Source: Azolla caroliniana
Lineage: Eukaryota; Plantae; Polypodiophyta
Direction: 5' to 3'
Assembly (NCBI GenBank): GCA_043228905.1
Contig: JBHGNT010000020.1
Coordinates: forward strand, 9,734,001 to 9,798,000
DNA length: 64,000 nt
In this document: piece by piece, positions 1 through 12,517 of the stretch
Layout of the letters: each line of letters starts with the position of its first letter
Position numbering within the stretch: the stretch's first letter is position 1
The notes under the pieces: model-generated
Database searches by the model: none
Told to the model about the DNA's origin: nothing
Seen by the model: only the letters and a program-made list of their open reading frames with translations
Program-made: the position numbers and the translations under genes

Positions 1-346
1 CTAAGGTTGCCACGGATTGTATCGCTTGAGTCGTTTCTCTCTCGGCATCTTCCATTAGCTTTTTCATTCCTCCTCGCCCGAAGTTGAGTTGAAGTGGTTG
101 TCGAGTCTCAGTTGAGTGAATCTTGCCATCTTGATAGTAGATTTTATTATGATTAAGAGCATCCCTATGCTCTTGACAATCTTTCTTCTGGTGGTCGATA
201 CTATCACACCACATACACCTTCGGACCATTCCACCTCCCTGCCTTGATGAAGTCGAGCTTTGTCCCGATTCTAGCTTCGTCACTTTGATCGACAAGTCTT
301 TCATGCCTTTCACTAATTCGTGTAAAAGTGATTCTTCTACTTTCTT

Positions 347-1006
347 TTATCCCGACTCGTTCCCCGTTTCTTCATCATTTCTGTCAGGCAACTCCATAAA
401 CCATAACTTTCTTTTGTAGAAAAGGGCGCACGCCCTTTTCACCTCCTCCCAATCTTCGGTAAGTCCACTTGGACTATTCTGATCTTCTAAAAGCATTCCC
501 AAGTCCTTCCTATCTTTAATATTAGTAGCTTGTAGAAACAATATTACTTTATCTGGCACTATTATATTTCTATCTCTAACATTTAGTTGCTCAAATCTTT
601 CAGAAAACTCTTTTAATACTTCCAAAACACTTAAATGTTTATTAGACTCTACCCAATCCATGAAAGCTCGCCTTGTCATCCTTGACATATCGTTGAGGTT
701 GTATGCATTGAGTAATGCTCTTTCGAACGTTGTCCATGTCTGATTCTCCCTTTGGAGCTCTTGGATCCTCTCTTGTAGCCCAATCGCAGCGACTCGACTA
801 AAGCTATTAATTTTTGTAGCTTTGTCGACACCGCGTTTAAGCATTTCTTCATTATAAATCTTCAGAAATCTTGTTAAATTTATACCTTCGAAGATTCCTA
901 CTCGTGCGAGAATATTGTCGACGGCTTTGTCGATGCTTGCCATCATCCCTTGTTCCCGCATCATTCGTTCCACCATCGTACACATAAGCCTCATTTGCTC
1001 CTCCAT
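347..1006 (-). CDS. gag: Gag N-terminal region, left tandem copy
   Basis: Starts just after the PBS and is identical to 6532-7191. Confidence 0.8.
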   Translation of the reverse strand: MEEQMRLMCTMVERMMREQGMMASIDKAVDNILARVGIFEGINLTRFLKIYNEEMLKRGVDKATKINSFSRVAAIGLQERIQELQRENQTWTTFERALLNAYNLNDMSRMTRRAFMDWVESNKHLSVLEVLKEFSERFEQLNVRDRNIIVPDKVILFLQATNIKDRKDLGMLLEDQNSPSGLTEDWEEVKRACALFYKRKLWFMELPDRNDEETGNESG

Positions 1007-1023
1007 TTCTCCTCGTCGCCGCC

Positions 1024-1041
1024 TTCACGTCGGGTTCACCA
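1024..1041 (-). promoter_or_regulatory. Primer binding site complementary to the tRNA-Trp 3' end (second copy at 7209-7226)
   Basis: TGGTGAACCCGACGTGAA is the complement of the plant cytosolic tRNA-Trp end TTCACGTCGGGTTCACCA (recalled sequence). It lies 4 nt from the LTR end. Confidence 0.85.
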
Positions 1042-1182
1042 AATGTGTCGGGGTAGTTGTGGTTCGTGCGGCGAAGTCGCGGGGACTAAGGTTAAGGGGA
1101 GTTGAAGGAACTTAACTTTTAATAAGGCTTGTATGGTGATGATAGAATGGTTAAGGATAGTAAGAAGAAGAGTTACGAGTAA

Positions 1183-1215
<33 letters not shown>

Positions 1216-1380
1216 CAAGCATAGATAAAAAATAGAGACAATGTATGATTCAAGAAAGAAGATTGAGACAAAGTATGATTCAAGGAACAAGAGTATATGA
1301 TATAAACATGATGTATATTAAAAATATAATATTTTACCAACTTTACAATCCTTGACCGCAAATTGAACACATTCTCTACC

Positions 1381-1442
1381 GACCCTTGATTTGAACCCAC
1401 GACCTCAACTTCGAAACGAGAGGTTCTCCACCCAATGAGCTA
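1381..1442 (-). promoter_or_regulatory. Third tRNA-like A/B-box module in LTR A, opposite orientation
   Basis: Minus strand TAGCTCATTGG at 1442 and GGTTCAAATCA at 1397, spacing 45. Confidence 0.7.
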
Positions 1443-1701
1443 GTCTTCTTTACTTGATTGTATTATTTTCTCACTCTCTCTTTTTGATTGATTACCTTGT
1501 TTTCCCCCTTCCCCTCTTTATATAAGTGTTGCCATGCATATGGTAATGTATGGGAGCATGGCATGCATGCAATGCATGAGTTACATGTAATGCATGATCG
1601 CCATTTGGCGCACATGCATTGCATGTGATGAATGATGACTATGTATGAAAATAGATATGGGATAAGTATAATGATGAAAATGCATTCTAAAATAACTAAC
1701 C

Positions 1702-1764
1702 TAGCTTAGTGGTGTATGCTTGGTGCTTGGTATACAAGGTTGAGGGTTCAAGTCCCTCAATTTT
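1702..1764 (+). promoter_or_regulatory. tRNA-like Pol III A-box/B-box module in LTR A (copy at +6185)
   Basis: A box TAGCTTAGTGG at 1702 and B box GGTTCAAGTCC at 1745, within a perfect T-arm TGAGGG-TTCAAGT-CCCTCA followed by TTTT. Confidence 0.75.
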
Positions 1765-1837
1765 ACTTAATACAATATATAGCTTCATTCTTATATCATG
1801 AAGCACATTTATTACACACTTTTACAAATAAATAGCC

Positions 1838-1896
1838 TAGCCTAGTGGTATGTACATTGTACATCGTATTTAAGGATGTGGGTTCAAGTCTCTCAA
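1838..1896 (+). promoter_or_regulatory. Second tRNA-like A/B-box module in LTR A (diverged tandem duplicate)
   Basis: TAGCCTAGTGG at 1838 and GGTTCAAGTCT at 1881, spacing 43. Confidence 0.7.
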
Positions 1897-1948
1897 ATAT
1901 TATTAAATACAACATTTAAGCTCATTTTTATATCGTGAAGCACATTCT

Positions 1949-4900
1949 TCACGACACCCACCCCCTCTGAACTTGCACATTGGTTGTGCAGAGTTCATCC
2001 AACACTTCTTCCGATTCTTTTAGTTCTTCTACTTCTTCATAAAATTCAGGCTCTAATGACTCCCTCCTTTTAAATATTTTAATCCTTTTTCCTGCAATTG
2101 GGATACAAATTTCTATCCCATCTAATTCATTGAGGAAATATGTGGCTTTATCTGTTATTTTCCTAACTTCATAAGGTCCAAACCATCTTTTTGCAAACTT
2201 TCGAATAGTACTGTATTGATTATCTAGGCTATTATCATATACTAATACCCAATCTCCCTCTTGCACCTTTCTTGGTCGTATTCTTTTCATCTTGTCAAAT
2301 CTGTCCTTATTCTTGATTCTTGCCTCTTTCAATCTAGTAGCTACTTTTTCTATGTCTTCTGTCCTTGATTGAAGTTGTTGTATTCGAACCGCAAGTAAAT
2401 CTTCCCTACTCATTTCTGATTCCCAGGGCAACACAGCCCATGTAGTTATCTTTTCTTCAATTGGCATTATTGGCTTCTGTCCTGTGATTAATTCTGTAGG
2501 CATATATCCAATAACAGTGCTGTGAGTTGTCCTATCAGCCCATAGTGCATAGGGTAAGGTTTTTGGCCAATCACTGACCCGTCCTCTACATGCCTTTGCC
2601 AAAGCTTTGACTATTGGCCCATGTCCCCTTTCTACCTTTCCATTAGCTTTTGGATTGTACGCCATTGTCAAAGAAAGCCGAATTCCTATTTTGTCGAAAA
2701 AATCTTGAGCTTCCGCAAAATTGAGTTCTCCCCTATCTGCCACTATCTTCCCGATACATCCATATCTACAAACAATGTCCTCCAAGATGAATTGACATAC
2801 TCCTAATGTCCCTTTTGTTCGCAATGAACGGCCTTCCACTTGATTTGTTAGATCTTCTCTAGCAAGAACCAAGTATCTCTTTTGTCCTACTCCAAGTGGC
2901 ATTGTTACCAAATCTATCATCCACTTGTAATGCACCCCCGGTGAGTATGTTGGGTGTAATTCATCACAAAATTTTATGTTTGAATAATATTGACAAGTGG
3001 GACAAGTTTCCACATACTTTTTTATTTGCTCATAGTATCGAGGCCACCAAAATCGTTCTTTAATCTTACTGAAAGTGGCCCACACTCCTCGATGACCAGC
3101 CCATTCTTTGTCATGCAGCTCTCTGATTATCTCCTTTCTTTGCCCTTCGGAACCTATTACTCTTTGTGGGTTTCCAGTCTTGGTTTTCGGATGTCGCCAT
3201 AGATATCCTTCATGCAGGAAGAACTTATGGGCTTTCTTACGAAATTGTGAGAACTCTTTTCCAGATCGACCTTTGTACTTGTCAGGGGTTTGTAGGTATT
3301 TCCCTATTTCCTTGAATTCTTCTTCATACTCCTCTTCTAGAAACTGCATTCCTCCTTCCCGGGTAATGCTTGTGGTAAGGACTGTTTGTTCTTTGTCCTC
3401 ATCGTCCGAGTCTGGAATCTCCTCTTCCTCATACCTTGCTCTTGATAACATATCTGCTACTGCATTTCTATTCCCAAAGATATGTCGAACTTCAGGGTTG
3501 ACTGATCTAATATAGATACACCATCTTAACATGGCTTGATCTAGAATATCACAATTAGCTATGATACCAAGAATAGGCAAACAATCTGTTTCTATTATTA
3601 CTTCAACACCAATTAAGTAATCTCTATCTGTCTACAGTAAAAAACACATACCCCCAGAAACCTTCGTACTTCTGAGACGGATGTACATTCCTCTTGCATA
3701 TTTTGAATTGCATTGACCTTGGTTGGGGATGGCTTTCTTCCGTATGGGCCACACATATGACCAACTATTGATATCTCTTTTGCCCCAAATATTGACTTCA
3801 CACTTGATAAGGGCAAATGCACCTCTTCCATCCTTGATAACACCTTCTCACAATCCTTGATATGATCAAACAACAAATTGACGGCAACCACTTTCGTCCA
3901 ATTCCTCGATCTTCTCTTCCTCCTTGCATCCCTTAATTGGAACATCATCTAGAAAAAGCATTGTAATATGAGGAATAAAATCACGAAGTACCTTGTTCAT
4001 TCCATTCATCATATGCACCACTGAGTTGGTCGCTCCTTGCGGCAAGGTGCACATCCATACTAACCCTATAGGTGTCTTGATAGAAGTTATATCTCGACTT
4101 TTGATAGCAAGTTGAAATTGATCATACCCGGAATAAAGGTCTCCCATTGAATATATAGCTCTTCCTGCAAACATCTCAGCAAACTCATCCACAATTGGCC
4201 CTACTCCCGAGTTTCGGATTGTTACCTTATTCATGGGTTGCATATCTTGGATAAATCGGAGTCGCCCATCTTTCTTTAACACAGTGAACCATCGACTCGA
4301 GTAAGGAGCATTCGATGGTTCCAAGATACCCATCCTTATCTTTTCTTTCAAAAGTTCTAATAGTTGAGGGATTCTAGCCCTAGGCATGGGTATTGGCTTA
4401 AAGTTCCATGGAATATGAGGGATAGTGAATATAACCATGGGCTCCACAATTTCTGGATCCACACACCCTATTTCCTATGGTTGGAATGCGAATGCCTTTC
4501 CATGCCTTTTTAACATCTCCCTGAACTGCTTTTCTTCAGCGGGTAATAGGAAGTCACCCCCTCCTATTTTCATCCCTTGTATTGTTTCCAGAGTAAACAC
4601 ATGTCCTACCTTTTGTGGGTCTCTGATCATTGGCTCTGTGGCTGCTTCTTTGATTGCCTTTTCACTATCCCCTGGAAGTGGAGCAACAATAGGACGAACC
4701 TTCTTCTCCACTGTCTTGTATTTTGTTAGTACATGTGCTTCATGATCCTTTCGAGCAACTTCTTCAATGACCTCGTACATCTTGATTGAATGGACAGGAA
4801 CTTGGATTTCGTTGTCTTCTTCAATTGCTTCCAAATGAGTTATTGTATCTTCAAAACTTAATTCTTCAAACATATCCTGAATTTCTTCATCATCCTCTAT

Positions 4901-5086
4901 TAATCCAGAACACTTAAAGTACTCGAAAGCATTTTGTATTTTATTATTATTTACTTTTAGTATAAAAGTAGCACCATTAGATGAGATTGTACAAGGAATA
5001 TCTTTATTTACATTATTATTTATGGGGTTTTCTTTTATGCTTGGGCTATCACAACCCCTACCTGTAAAAGCCCTATCTAAAAATCC
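1949..5086 (-). pseudogene. pol: Pol (RT, partly deleted RNase H, integrase) of element A
   Basis: RT motifs DLYSGYDQ, LPQG and FLDD. Integrase H-x6-H...C-x2-C with D,D,E region (IDLV/ADRG/KVER). Stop near 4475, frameshift near 3870, deletion near 3635. Confidence 0.9.
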
Positions 5087-7191
5087 TGGGAAAACTCTTC
5101 ATCCATCTCTTGAATTGGATGTTCCCTCAAGCATTCTTTGTTTCTTTCATGGTTGGGCCTCACGGTTAAGAATTGGACAGTCTTTCTTCCATCTTGACTC
5201 TTGATTCTCGCGAAAGCCGAACCATCATCAATAACCTTTGTTTCCATCCTCACTGCGGTGATGTAGGGCTGGCCAAGGATGATGGGGTAGGTTGATTGAT
5301 CCTGCACAAAGAAATTTTGATTCACCAAGACATCACCAATTGTTACCTTCACACTAGGACATGCTCCGAATAGATCCTCCGTAGTTTCTGTGGTAGCTCT
5401 TATTTTCCACCCATGATTCTTGTTGATCGGCCACTGTCCTCGAGCGTAAAATTCCGATGACATCATGTTAATCTCGGATCCATGATCGATCAAAGCAATA
5501 CATGGAATTTGCTGCTCCCCAATTTTTGCAGGTGCCTCCGTTGTTGCTCGAGCCCAATGATCCCTTGTATAGTGACTCCTATCCCCTTCATGGACACCAA
5601 CATCATTTTGGTTTTTTACACTTGCAACATTGATGGTGCCACCATACAAATCTTGGAGTGTTGTTGCACACCCTCCCATAATTTCCTCCGTCACCTGTCT
5701 CTTCCTTCTAATAATATCTATGATAACTTCATGAAATTCTTTCTTTGCTATACCCAACACTTCTCGTAAAGTAAATTCTACCTTACTATTTAGTATTCTT
5801 GTTTCTAGTACCTTTTTTATATCTATCGTAGTTTCTATGTCTGAGGCAAGCTTGAAAGATGGGCCTGTCTTTCCTTTTACTTTATCAGCTTCCTTCGGCT
5901 CAATAGCACCCTTTTCCATGTCCCTTCTCTTCTGTTCTCGTGTCTCATGTCTCTTTGTCGGATCAGCTTCCTCAGCTCTCTTCCGCTTCTCTTCCACTAG
6001 CACATCTTGTGCATTCACTTGGGCGAATGCTGATAGCGCGTCTACTGGATCATTCCATCCAGTGAAGTTTCGTGTTTCATCTCCCGCTCTTTTTAATTCA
6101 TCCACTCGAACCTTCCCTTTTCTTGCATAATCCATCACATCTTGCCAAAAGCCAGATCCACCATATGAGTCTTCTACGCGCAATCCTAAGGTTGCCACGG
6201 ATTGTATCGCTTGAGTCGTTTCTCTCTCGGCATCTTCCATTAGCTTTTTCATTCCTCCTCGCCCGAAGTTGAGTTGAAGTGGTTGTCGAGTCTCAGTTGA
6301 GTGAATCTTGCCATCTTGATAGTAGATTTTATTATGATTAAGAGCATCCCTATGCTCTTGACAATCTTTCTTCTGGTGGTCGATACTATCACACCACATA
6401 CACCTTCGGACCATTCCACCTCCCTGCCTTGATGAAGTCGAGCTTTGTCCCGATTCTAGCTTCGTCACTTTGATCGACAAGTCTTTCATGCCTTTCACTA
6501 ATTCGTGTAAAAGTGATTCTTCTACTTTCTTTTATCCCGACTCGTTCCCCGTTTCTTCATCATTTCTGTCAGGCAACTCCATAAACCATAACTTTCTTTT
6601 GTAGAAAAGGGCGCACGCCCTTTTCACCTCCTCCCAATCTTCGGTAAGTCCACTTGGACTATTCTGATCTTCTAAAAGCATTCCCAAGTCCTTCCTATCT
6701 TTAATATTAGTAGCTTGTAGAAACAATATTACTTTATCTGGCACTATTATATTTCTATCTCTAACATTTAGTTGCTCAAATCTTTCAGAAAACTCTTTTA
6801 ATACTTCCAAAACACTTAAATGTTTATTAGACTCTACCCAATCCATGAAAGCTCGCCTTGTCATCCTTGACATATCGTTGAGGTTGTATGCATTGAGTAA
6901 TGCTCTTTCGAACGTTGTCCATGTCTGATTCTCCCTTTGGAGCTCTTGGATCCTCTCTTGTAGCCCAATCGCAGCGACTCGACTAAAGCTATTAATTTTT
7001 GTAGCTTTGTCGACACCGCGTTTAAGCATTTCTTCATTATAAATCTTCAGAAATCTTGTTAAATTTATACCTTCGAAGATTCCTACTCGTGCGAGAATAT
7101 TGTCGACGGCTTTGTCGATGCTTGCCATCATCCCTTGTTCCCGCATCATTCGTTCCACCATCGTACACATAAGCCTCATTTGCTCCTCCAT
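5077..7191 (-). pseudogene. gag: Gag-protease ORF of element A, with one in-frame TAA at 6532-6534
   Basis: ORFs 6532-7191 and 5077-6498 are in the same frame. Zn knuckle CMWCDSIDHQKKDC, a DUF4100-like region and aspartic protease motif ALIDHGSEINM. Confidence 0.85.
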
Positions 7192-7230
7192 TTCTCCTCG
7201 TCGCCGCCTTCACGTCGGGTTCACCAAATG

Positions 7231-7367
7231 TGTCGGGGTAGTTGTGGTTCGTGCGGCGAAGTCGCGGGGACTAAGGTTAAGGGGAGTTGAAGGAACTTAA
7301 CTTTTAATAAGGCTTGTATGGTGATGATAGAATGGTTAAGGATAGTAAGAAGAAGAGTTACGAGTAA

Positions 7368-7400
<33 letters not shown>

Positions 7401-8141
7401 CAAGCATAGATAAAAAATAGAGACAATGTATGATTCAAGAAAGAAGATTGAGACAAAGTATGATTCAAGGAACAAGAGTATATGATATAAACATGATGTA
7501 TATTAAAAATATAATATTTTACCAACTTTACAATCCTTGACCGCAAATTGAACACATTCTCTACCGACCCTTGATTTGAACCCACGACCTCAACTTCGAA
7601 ACGAGAGGTTCTCCACCCAATGAGCTAGTCTTCTTTACTTGATTGTATTATTTTCTCACTCTCTCTTTTTGATTGATTACCTTGTTTCCCCCCTTCCCCT
7701 CTTTATATAAGTGTTGCCATGCATATGGTAATGTATGGGAGCATGGCATGCATGCAATGCATGAGTTACATGTAATGCATGATCGCCATTTGGCGCACAT
7801 GCATTGCATGTGATGAATGATGGCTATGTATGAAAATAGATATGGGATAAGTATAATGATGAAAATGCATTCTAAAATAACTAACCTAGCTTAGTGGTGT
7901 ATGCTTGGTGCTTGGTATACAAGGTTGAGGGTTCAAGTCCCTCAATTTTACTTAATACAATATATAGCTTCATTCTTATATCATGAAGCACATTTATTAC
8001 GCACTTTTACAAATAAATAGCCTAGCCTAGTGGTATGTACATTGTACATCGTATATAAGGATGTGGGTTCAAGTCTCTCAAATATTATTAAATACAACAT
8101 TTAAGCTCATTTTTATATCGTGAAACACATTCTTCACGACA
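7231..8141 (-). repeat. 5' LTR of element A
   Basis: Copy of 1046-1956 with 4 visible substitutions. Abuts Copia sequence at 8142. Confidence 0.93.
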
Positions 8142-9848
8142 GCGGTACGGGTACAATGAGTACATGGCGCATCATTATGCATACATGACTAAGGTGGCGG
8201 AAGTGCGTGTGCCGGAGAGCTACGTAGAAGCAGCCAAGGACACCAATTGGCGTGCCACAATGGAGGAAGAAATGCGGGCACTTGATGTCAACAAGACATG
8301 GAACCTGGTTGACCCTCCTCGTCACTGTAAATCGATCGGATGCAAGTGGATATACAAGGTAAAGTACAACGCCGACGGTTCTGTTAACTGGTATAAAGCC
8401 CGGTTAGTGGCGAAGGGATACGCGCAAACCCACGGAATCGACTACGACGAGACCTTCGCTCCGGTAGCGAAGATGACGACGGTTCGTGTGGTGCTGGCGG
8501 TTGCTACAACAAGGGGGTGGCATCTTCACCAGATGGATGTGAAGAATGCGTTTCTTCAGGGTGATCTTGAAGAAGAAGTCTTTATGACTCAGCCCCTCGG
8601 CTTTCAATTGGAGATGAACAAGTTGGCGGTATGCCGGCTGAAGAAGTTGTTGTATGGCTTGAAGCAAGCCCCTCGAGCTTGAAATGCAAAGATCACGCAC
8701 CGGTTGCGTAAGATGGGGTTTGTGGCCTCCAAATCAGACTCTTCATTGTTCATCCGGCAATGCTTAGCCGACCCGGTATGTATACTACTATATGTTGATG
8801 ATCTAGTCATCACCGGACCGGGTGTTCCAGAAATCAACCGCGTCAAGTCCTTGTTGTCGGACGCATTTGAGATGAAGGACCTGGGGGACCTTCATTACTT
8901 TCTTGGGATCGAGGTGATTCGAACCCCCGCCGGCATATTACTCACACAACGACATTACGTCTTGAATATGCTGTACAAGTTCGGCATGACAGAATGCCGA
9001 CCTGTCTCCACACCCTTGGACCAGAACCAGAAGCTCCATCCCAACTCCAGACTGGCCTGCAACGAGAAACGGTTCCGATGATCCATACAGAAGACAATGG
9101 ATCCGACATGCTGACGAAGAACCTACCGATGAACCGACTCAGAGTCTGTCGATAGAGGACGGGAATAACGAACCCCTCTCCACTAGAGTGAAATGGGAGT
9201 TTGTTAGGAATATGTCCCTCTAGTGGGAGGATTCGATTGCTTGGAAAGAGCCGAAAGTCAAAGACAAGGGTGCAACAAACTAGTCGGATGAGAGCTGACA
9301 GTCGAGGAGTCAACTCTGAGAGAGTCGACATGGAGAGCTGATCGAGGTTGAAGACACGACCGACTAGTCGGGCCAACCAGTCAGACCGACCAGATCGTCG
9401 ACGAATGAGTTGGCTGATTAGTAAGACTATTATTAATATTAGGTAATAATAGGAATGACAGTAGCAGTGGCTACATTTGTAAATATCCCATACAGGGTAT
9501 AAGTATAAATACACCTAGGGCAAACATTAGATTTAGAGCAGAATAGAATAGTGTGTGAGCCTCTGTAGCGTAGCGAAGCGTGACAGAGAAGAGAGAGCGT
9601 GTGAGCGTGAGAGAGTGGTGGCAAAGTTCAACGAACTTGCGAAGAACCCTAAGCGGGGTTTATCTTGTGTGTGTGTCAAGAAGATTGAAACCGTTTTTTT
9701 GTACTCTCTTGTATATAATGGAATCTTTGTTCCCATGGATTTCCCGTTTAGGGTTTCCACGTTAAATCTGTGTATACTTTTCTTGTGTTTCTGAGTTGTG
9801 CATTTCAATGTATTTATATCTTGTGAAATAACGATTGATTTCTCAACA
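8142..9848 (+). mobile_element. Ty1/Copia 3' portion (RT, RNase H deleted, 3' LTR 9202-9848); host of array A
   Basis: [31 protein letters not shown] and LYVDD motifs. Purine tract at 9185-9201. LTR TGTTAGG...CAACA. Confidence 0.9.
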
Positions 9849-11890
9849 AGATGTTTGTTCTTCTCGGGTCTGCGAGGCGTAGGGCTATGTGGGAGCGTTG
9901 TCCCGAGACTCGGAGAGGGGGGGAGGGTGGGGGGGGGGGGGGTCGTCGGTTATCGGGGTGCGGAGGGTCGCAGCGTCGATTATTCCCCGAGAGTTTGGGA
10001 CCGTGATTATAATAGGGAGGTCACCGATTGTGCCGTTGGTACCTTGGTTCATAGTAGTCGTGCCAGTCATAAGAATAGTGGTAATAGTCATCGTCATGGC
10101 GATAGTGGTCGTCGTGATGTCGATAACGGTCATCCTCGGGTCAAGGTCGATTATCTGGCCGATAACGCGGCTCCTCAGTTCGGTACTAGTTATCCCGGTG
10201 ATAGTGATCCTGCTTGGGTTGGTAACTGTTGTCTCGGTGAGGCCGATCGTTGTACCAAGGCCGTTCGGCGTCCCTATTCTGAGGTGGGGGACGATCATCC
10301 TGTTGACGGTGATCATGGCGTGGCTCAATATGTCATACAGGAGGAGAGGCTGTATGATTAAGCATATTGTACTCACATTGTTCGACCGTATGCACCCGAG
10401 AATGGCAAATCGGGCAGTGTGGGCGGAGATGGCAATCCATGGCCGAATGGCCAGATTTCGTGCACGTTATGCATTGGAGAGCCTGTTGAAACTGGGTTTC
10501 TTCATGGGTCAGCAAGGCGTGTTGGAGTGACCCCATTGAAAAAGAAGTGCTATGCTGGGCTCTATCCATTATGAGGACGCGAGTGACCACTTGCTCGATG
10601 GTCTATTGGGAAAAATATGTGAAGGTGAGAGTTGTTCGGAGGGGCTCCCCGAGGACGGCAAGGAACGTGTCTTTTAAATGATTCGCAGACACATCTTGAG
10701 CGAGCTGCCGATAGAGATCCTAGAATTAGGTCATGAACTAAGAAACTGTCTCATGTGGTTCTTGTATTATAGCGTAGAACTGGCGGAGAAGTTCCCGTTC
10801 AGGTATCTCACGGTGAAAAAGTTCGAGGAATTGAGTGCGAACGTCTTGAAACATCGCAAATTCCCCAGGATCGCAGTGGGAATACCATCGGCTAGTGGGT
10901 CCATCGAGGGACAATGTGAATTCTGCGATTTTGGATGCATCGACCTTCGCAGTGGTGGGACGTTGGATTGAATTGTTGGCTTGCCAAGTGGACACAAAAG
11001 AACGGATGTGGAACTCCTCGTCAGGGCCATCCATATAACGGGGATATGGGTAGGGCATGGTGTCGAAGTCCGGGTCTTCTGGTAACGCCAAAAAAGGGTT
11101 GCGCTTGGTTTGGGTAACTTCGGGAGGGCTTGGAGGCGCAATGGGGTCAGGGCCCACGTTCGACTGGGTGTCTAGTGCGGGTAACGGAGAGGGTGGTGAT
11201 TCCACTGGCTGCGGCGATGATTGTTGCATGAGCGCTGAGTCATAAGTTTCCTCGATGGGCTCGGCGTGGCTTGATGGTAACCGAGAATGTTTGATGTGGG
11301 GGGGCGCCGTACTGGCGACGAGGGGTGTTCCTCCTACGTTGTTCGTTGTGCTTCACAGCGTGAAACGGGTGTGCCAAATTGTGTTGTCTCCTTCCTCAGG
11401 AACAACACCTTCGATTACTCTTAGGGTAATCGGGTCAAGGAATTGTGGTTACGTATGAATGGAAACACAGGGGTGTCACAAGCTGATCGAGTACGAAAAT
11501 TGCCGGCCACAATCTGGCCTGACGACTTGCACTTAGCATAGGGACAGAAATCGAACAATACAGATGACTAGTTGATGACATGAATAGATTAGACCTACAA
11601 CATGTATATTATAAGATTAAGATAAAATGATTACACGGCCCACGACCAAGATTTCTATTCACTCTCTCTGACAGAAAATAGACATACAATTCGTTCTCTC
11701 TAATAGGGGATCTCCCTTCCTCCCTCTTTTATCCTGCGCCCTTTTCTGCTGCTTCGGCTCATCGTTTATAGTTCTCGTTTCCTTGGGCGCGCTACCATTA
11801 CTTCTCTCGTTTACGGCCTCCAATCTTGGCTGCGTATATTTCGTTTACTTTCTCCATTCTTGGTCGGTTTTTTCCCTCCTACCTTACCTA
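9849..11890 (-). mobile_element. Ty3/Gypsy 5' fragment: LTR (about 11380-11890), PBS-like TGGCACACCCG at 11366-11376, degenerate gag with two Zn knuckles
   Basis: Retrotransposon-gag-like ORF at 10738-11229. Knuckles CTKSGHSAMDC and CPICHSRVHTVEQC. PBS resembles the tRNA-Arg type. Outer LTR edge approximate. Confidence 0.65.
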
Positions 11891-11894
11891 CTTG

Positions 11895-12517
11895 TTAGAT
11901 TTGTTTCATACATACTGCCTCTTGGTCCCACTGATAACACTCCATGACCCGTCCGGTCCCGTGCTGCTCGACACGTTTGATCGACTTGCCTACTTCTCCC
12001 GAATCCATTGTCTTCAATTCATCCTCAAGATTAACCGAATCAACTCTCTTCGATTCATCTTCAATCCAGCCATTGGCTATCTCAACCCAAGACTTCCTAG
12101 CTTTCTTCTCCTTTCCGGCTCTGCCCTTATGTTCAACCGGCTTTGGCTCGCTCATTTGGTCTCTCTCCCTGCAGTCGGCTCGTCTTCCCTTAGCCAATCT
12201 TCTTCCAGTCGTTCTCTTGTCCGATTCAACTTCCTCAGCCGATTTGGCTCTTTCGTGGTTGAGTCTCTCATCAAGTCTCCCTTCGACTCTTCCCCTCAAG
12301 TTCGGCAAGTCAAGGTGTTGAAGGCCAAGCATACCTGAGAATTGCTGCAACTTGTCAAGTTCGAGAGGTTTGGAGAAGATGTTGGTCATATGCCGATTCG
12401 CCGGAACATACACCAGTTCCACTTCACTAGAAAGAACACACTCGCGCACGAAGTGATAATGCACTTCAATGTGCTTCTTCTGAGTGTGGAAGATGGGGTT
12501 CTTAGCGAGCTGGATGC
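11895..12517 (-). mobile_element. Copia RNase H C-terminus plus 3' extension
   Basis: SIQLAKNPIFH...KHIEVHYHFVRE...LRG. Continues at 20840 across the chromovirus B insertion. Confidence 0.85.

Larger units (their letters stand above)
1..1045 (-). mobile_element. Second tandem copy of element A (PBS and gag), truncated by the window edge
   Basis: 1-1956 repeats 6186-8141 at an offset of 6185. ORF 347-1006 is identical to ORF 6532-7191. Confidence 0.95.
1046..1956 (-). repeat. LTR shared by the two tandem copies (3' LTR of the right copy and 5' LTR of the left copy)
   Basis: Preceded on the minus strand by PPT AGAGGGGGTGGG and followed by the PBS. TATATAAA at 1524-1517. Confidence 0.93.
1046..8141 (-). 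mobile_element. Ty3/Gypsy LTR retrotransposon (element A, tRNA-Trp-primed family), complete unit of a tandem array, defective
   Basis: 911-bp LTRs at 1046-1956 and 7231-8141 with TGTCG...CGACA ends. PBS at 7209-7226 and PPT at 1957-1968. Domain order gag, Zn knuckle, PR, RT, INT. Internal stops and an RNase H deletion. Confidence 0.95.

Noticed and set aside
1695-1765. Functional tRNA genes at the A/B-box modules
   Set aside because: No acceptor stem or credible anticodon arm, and all lie inside LTRs. Reported as tRNA-like promoter modules instead.
9798-10530. Overlapping 160-210 aa ORFs as novel genes or env
   Set aside because: They are alternative-frame and antisense readings of a low-complexity Gag tail next to the Zn knuckles.
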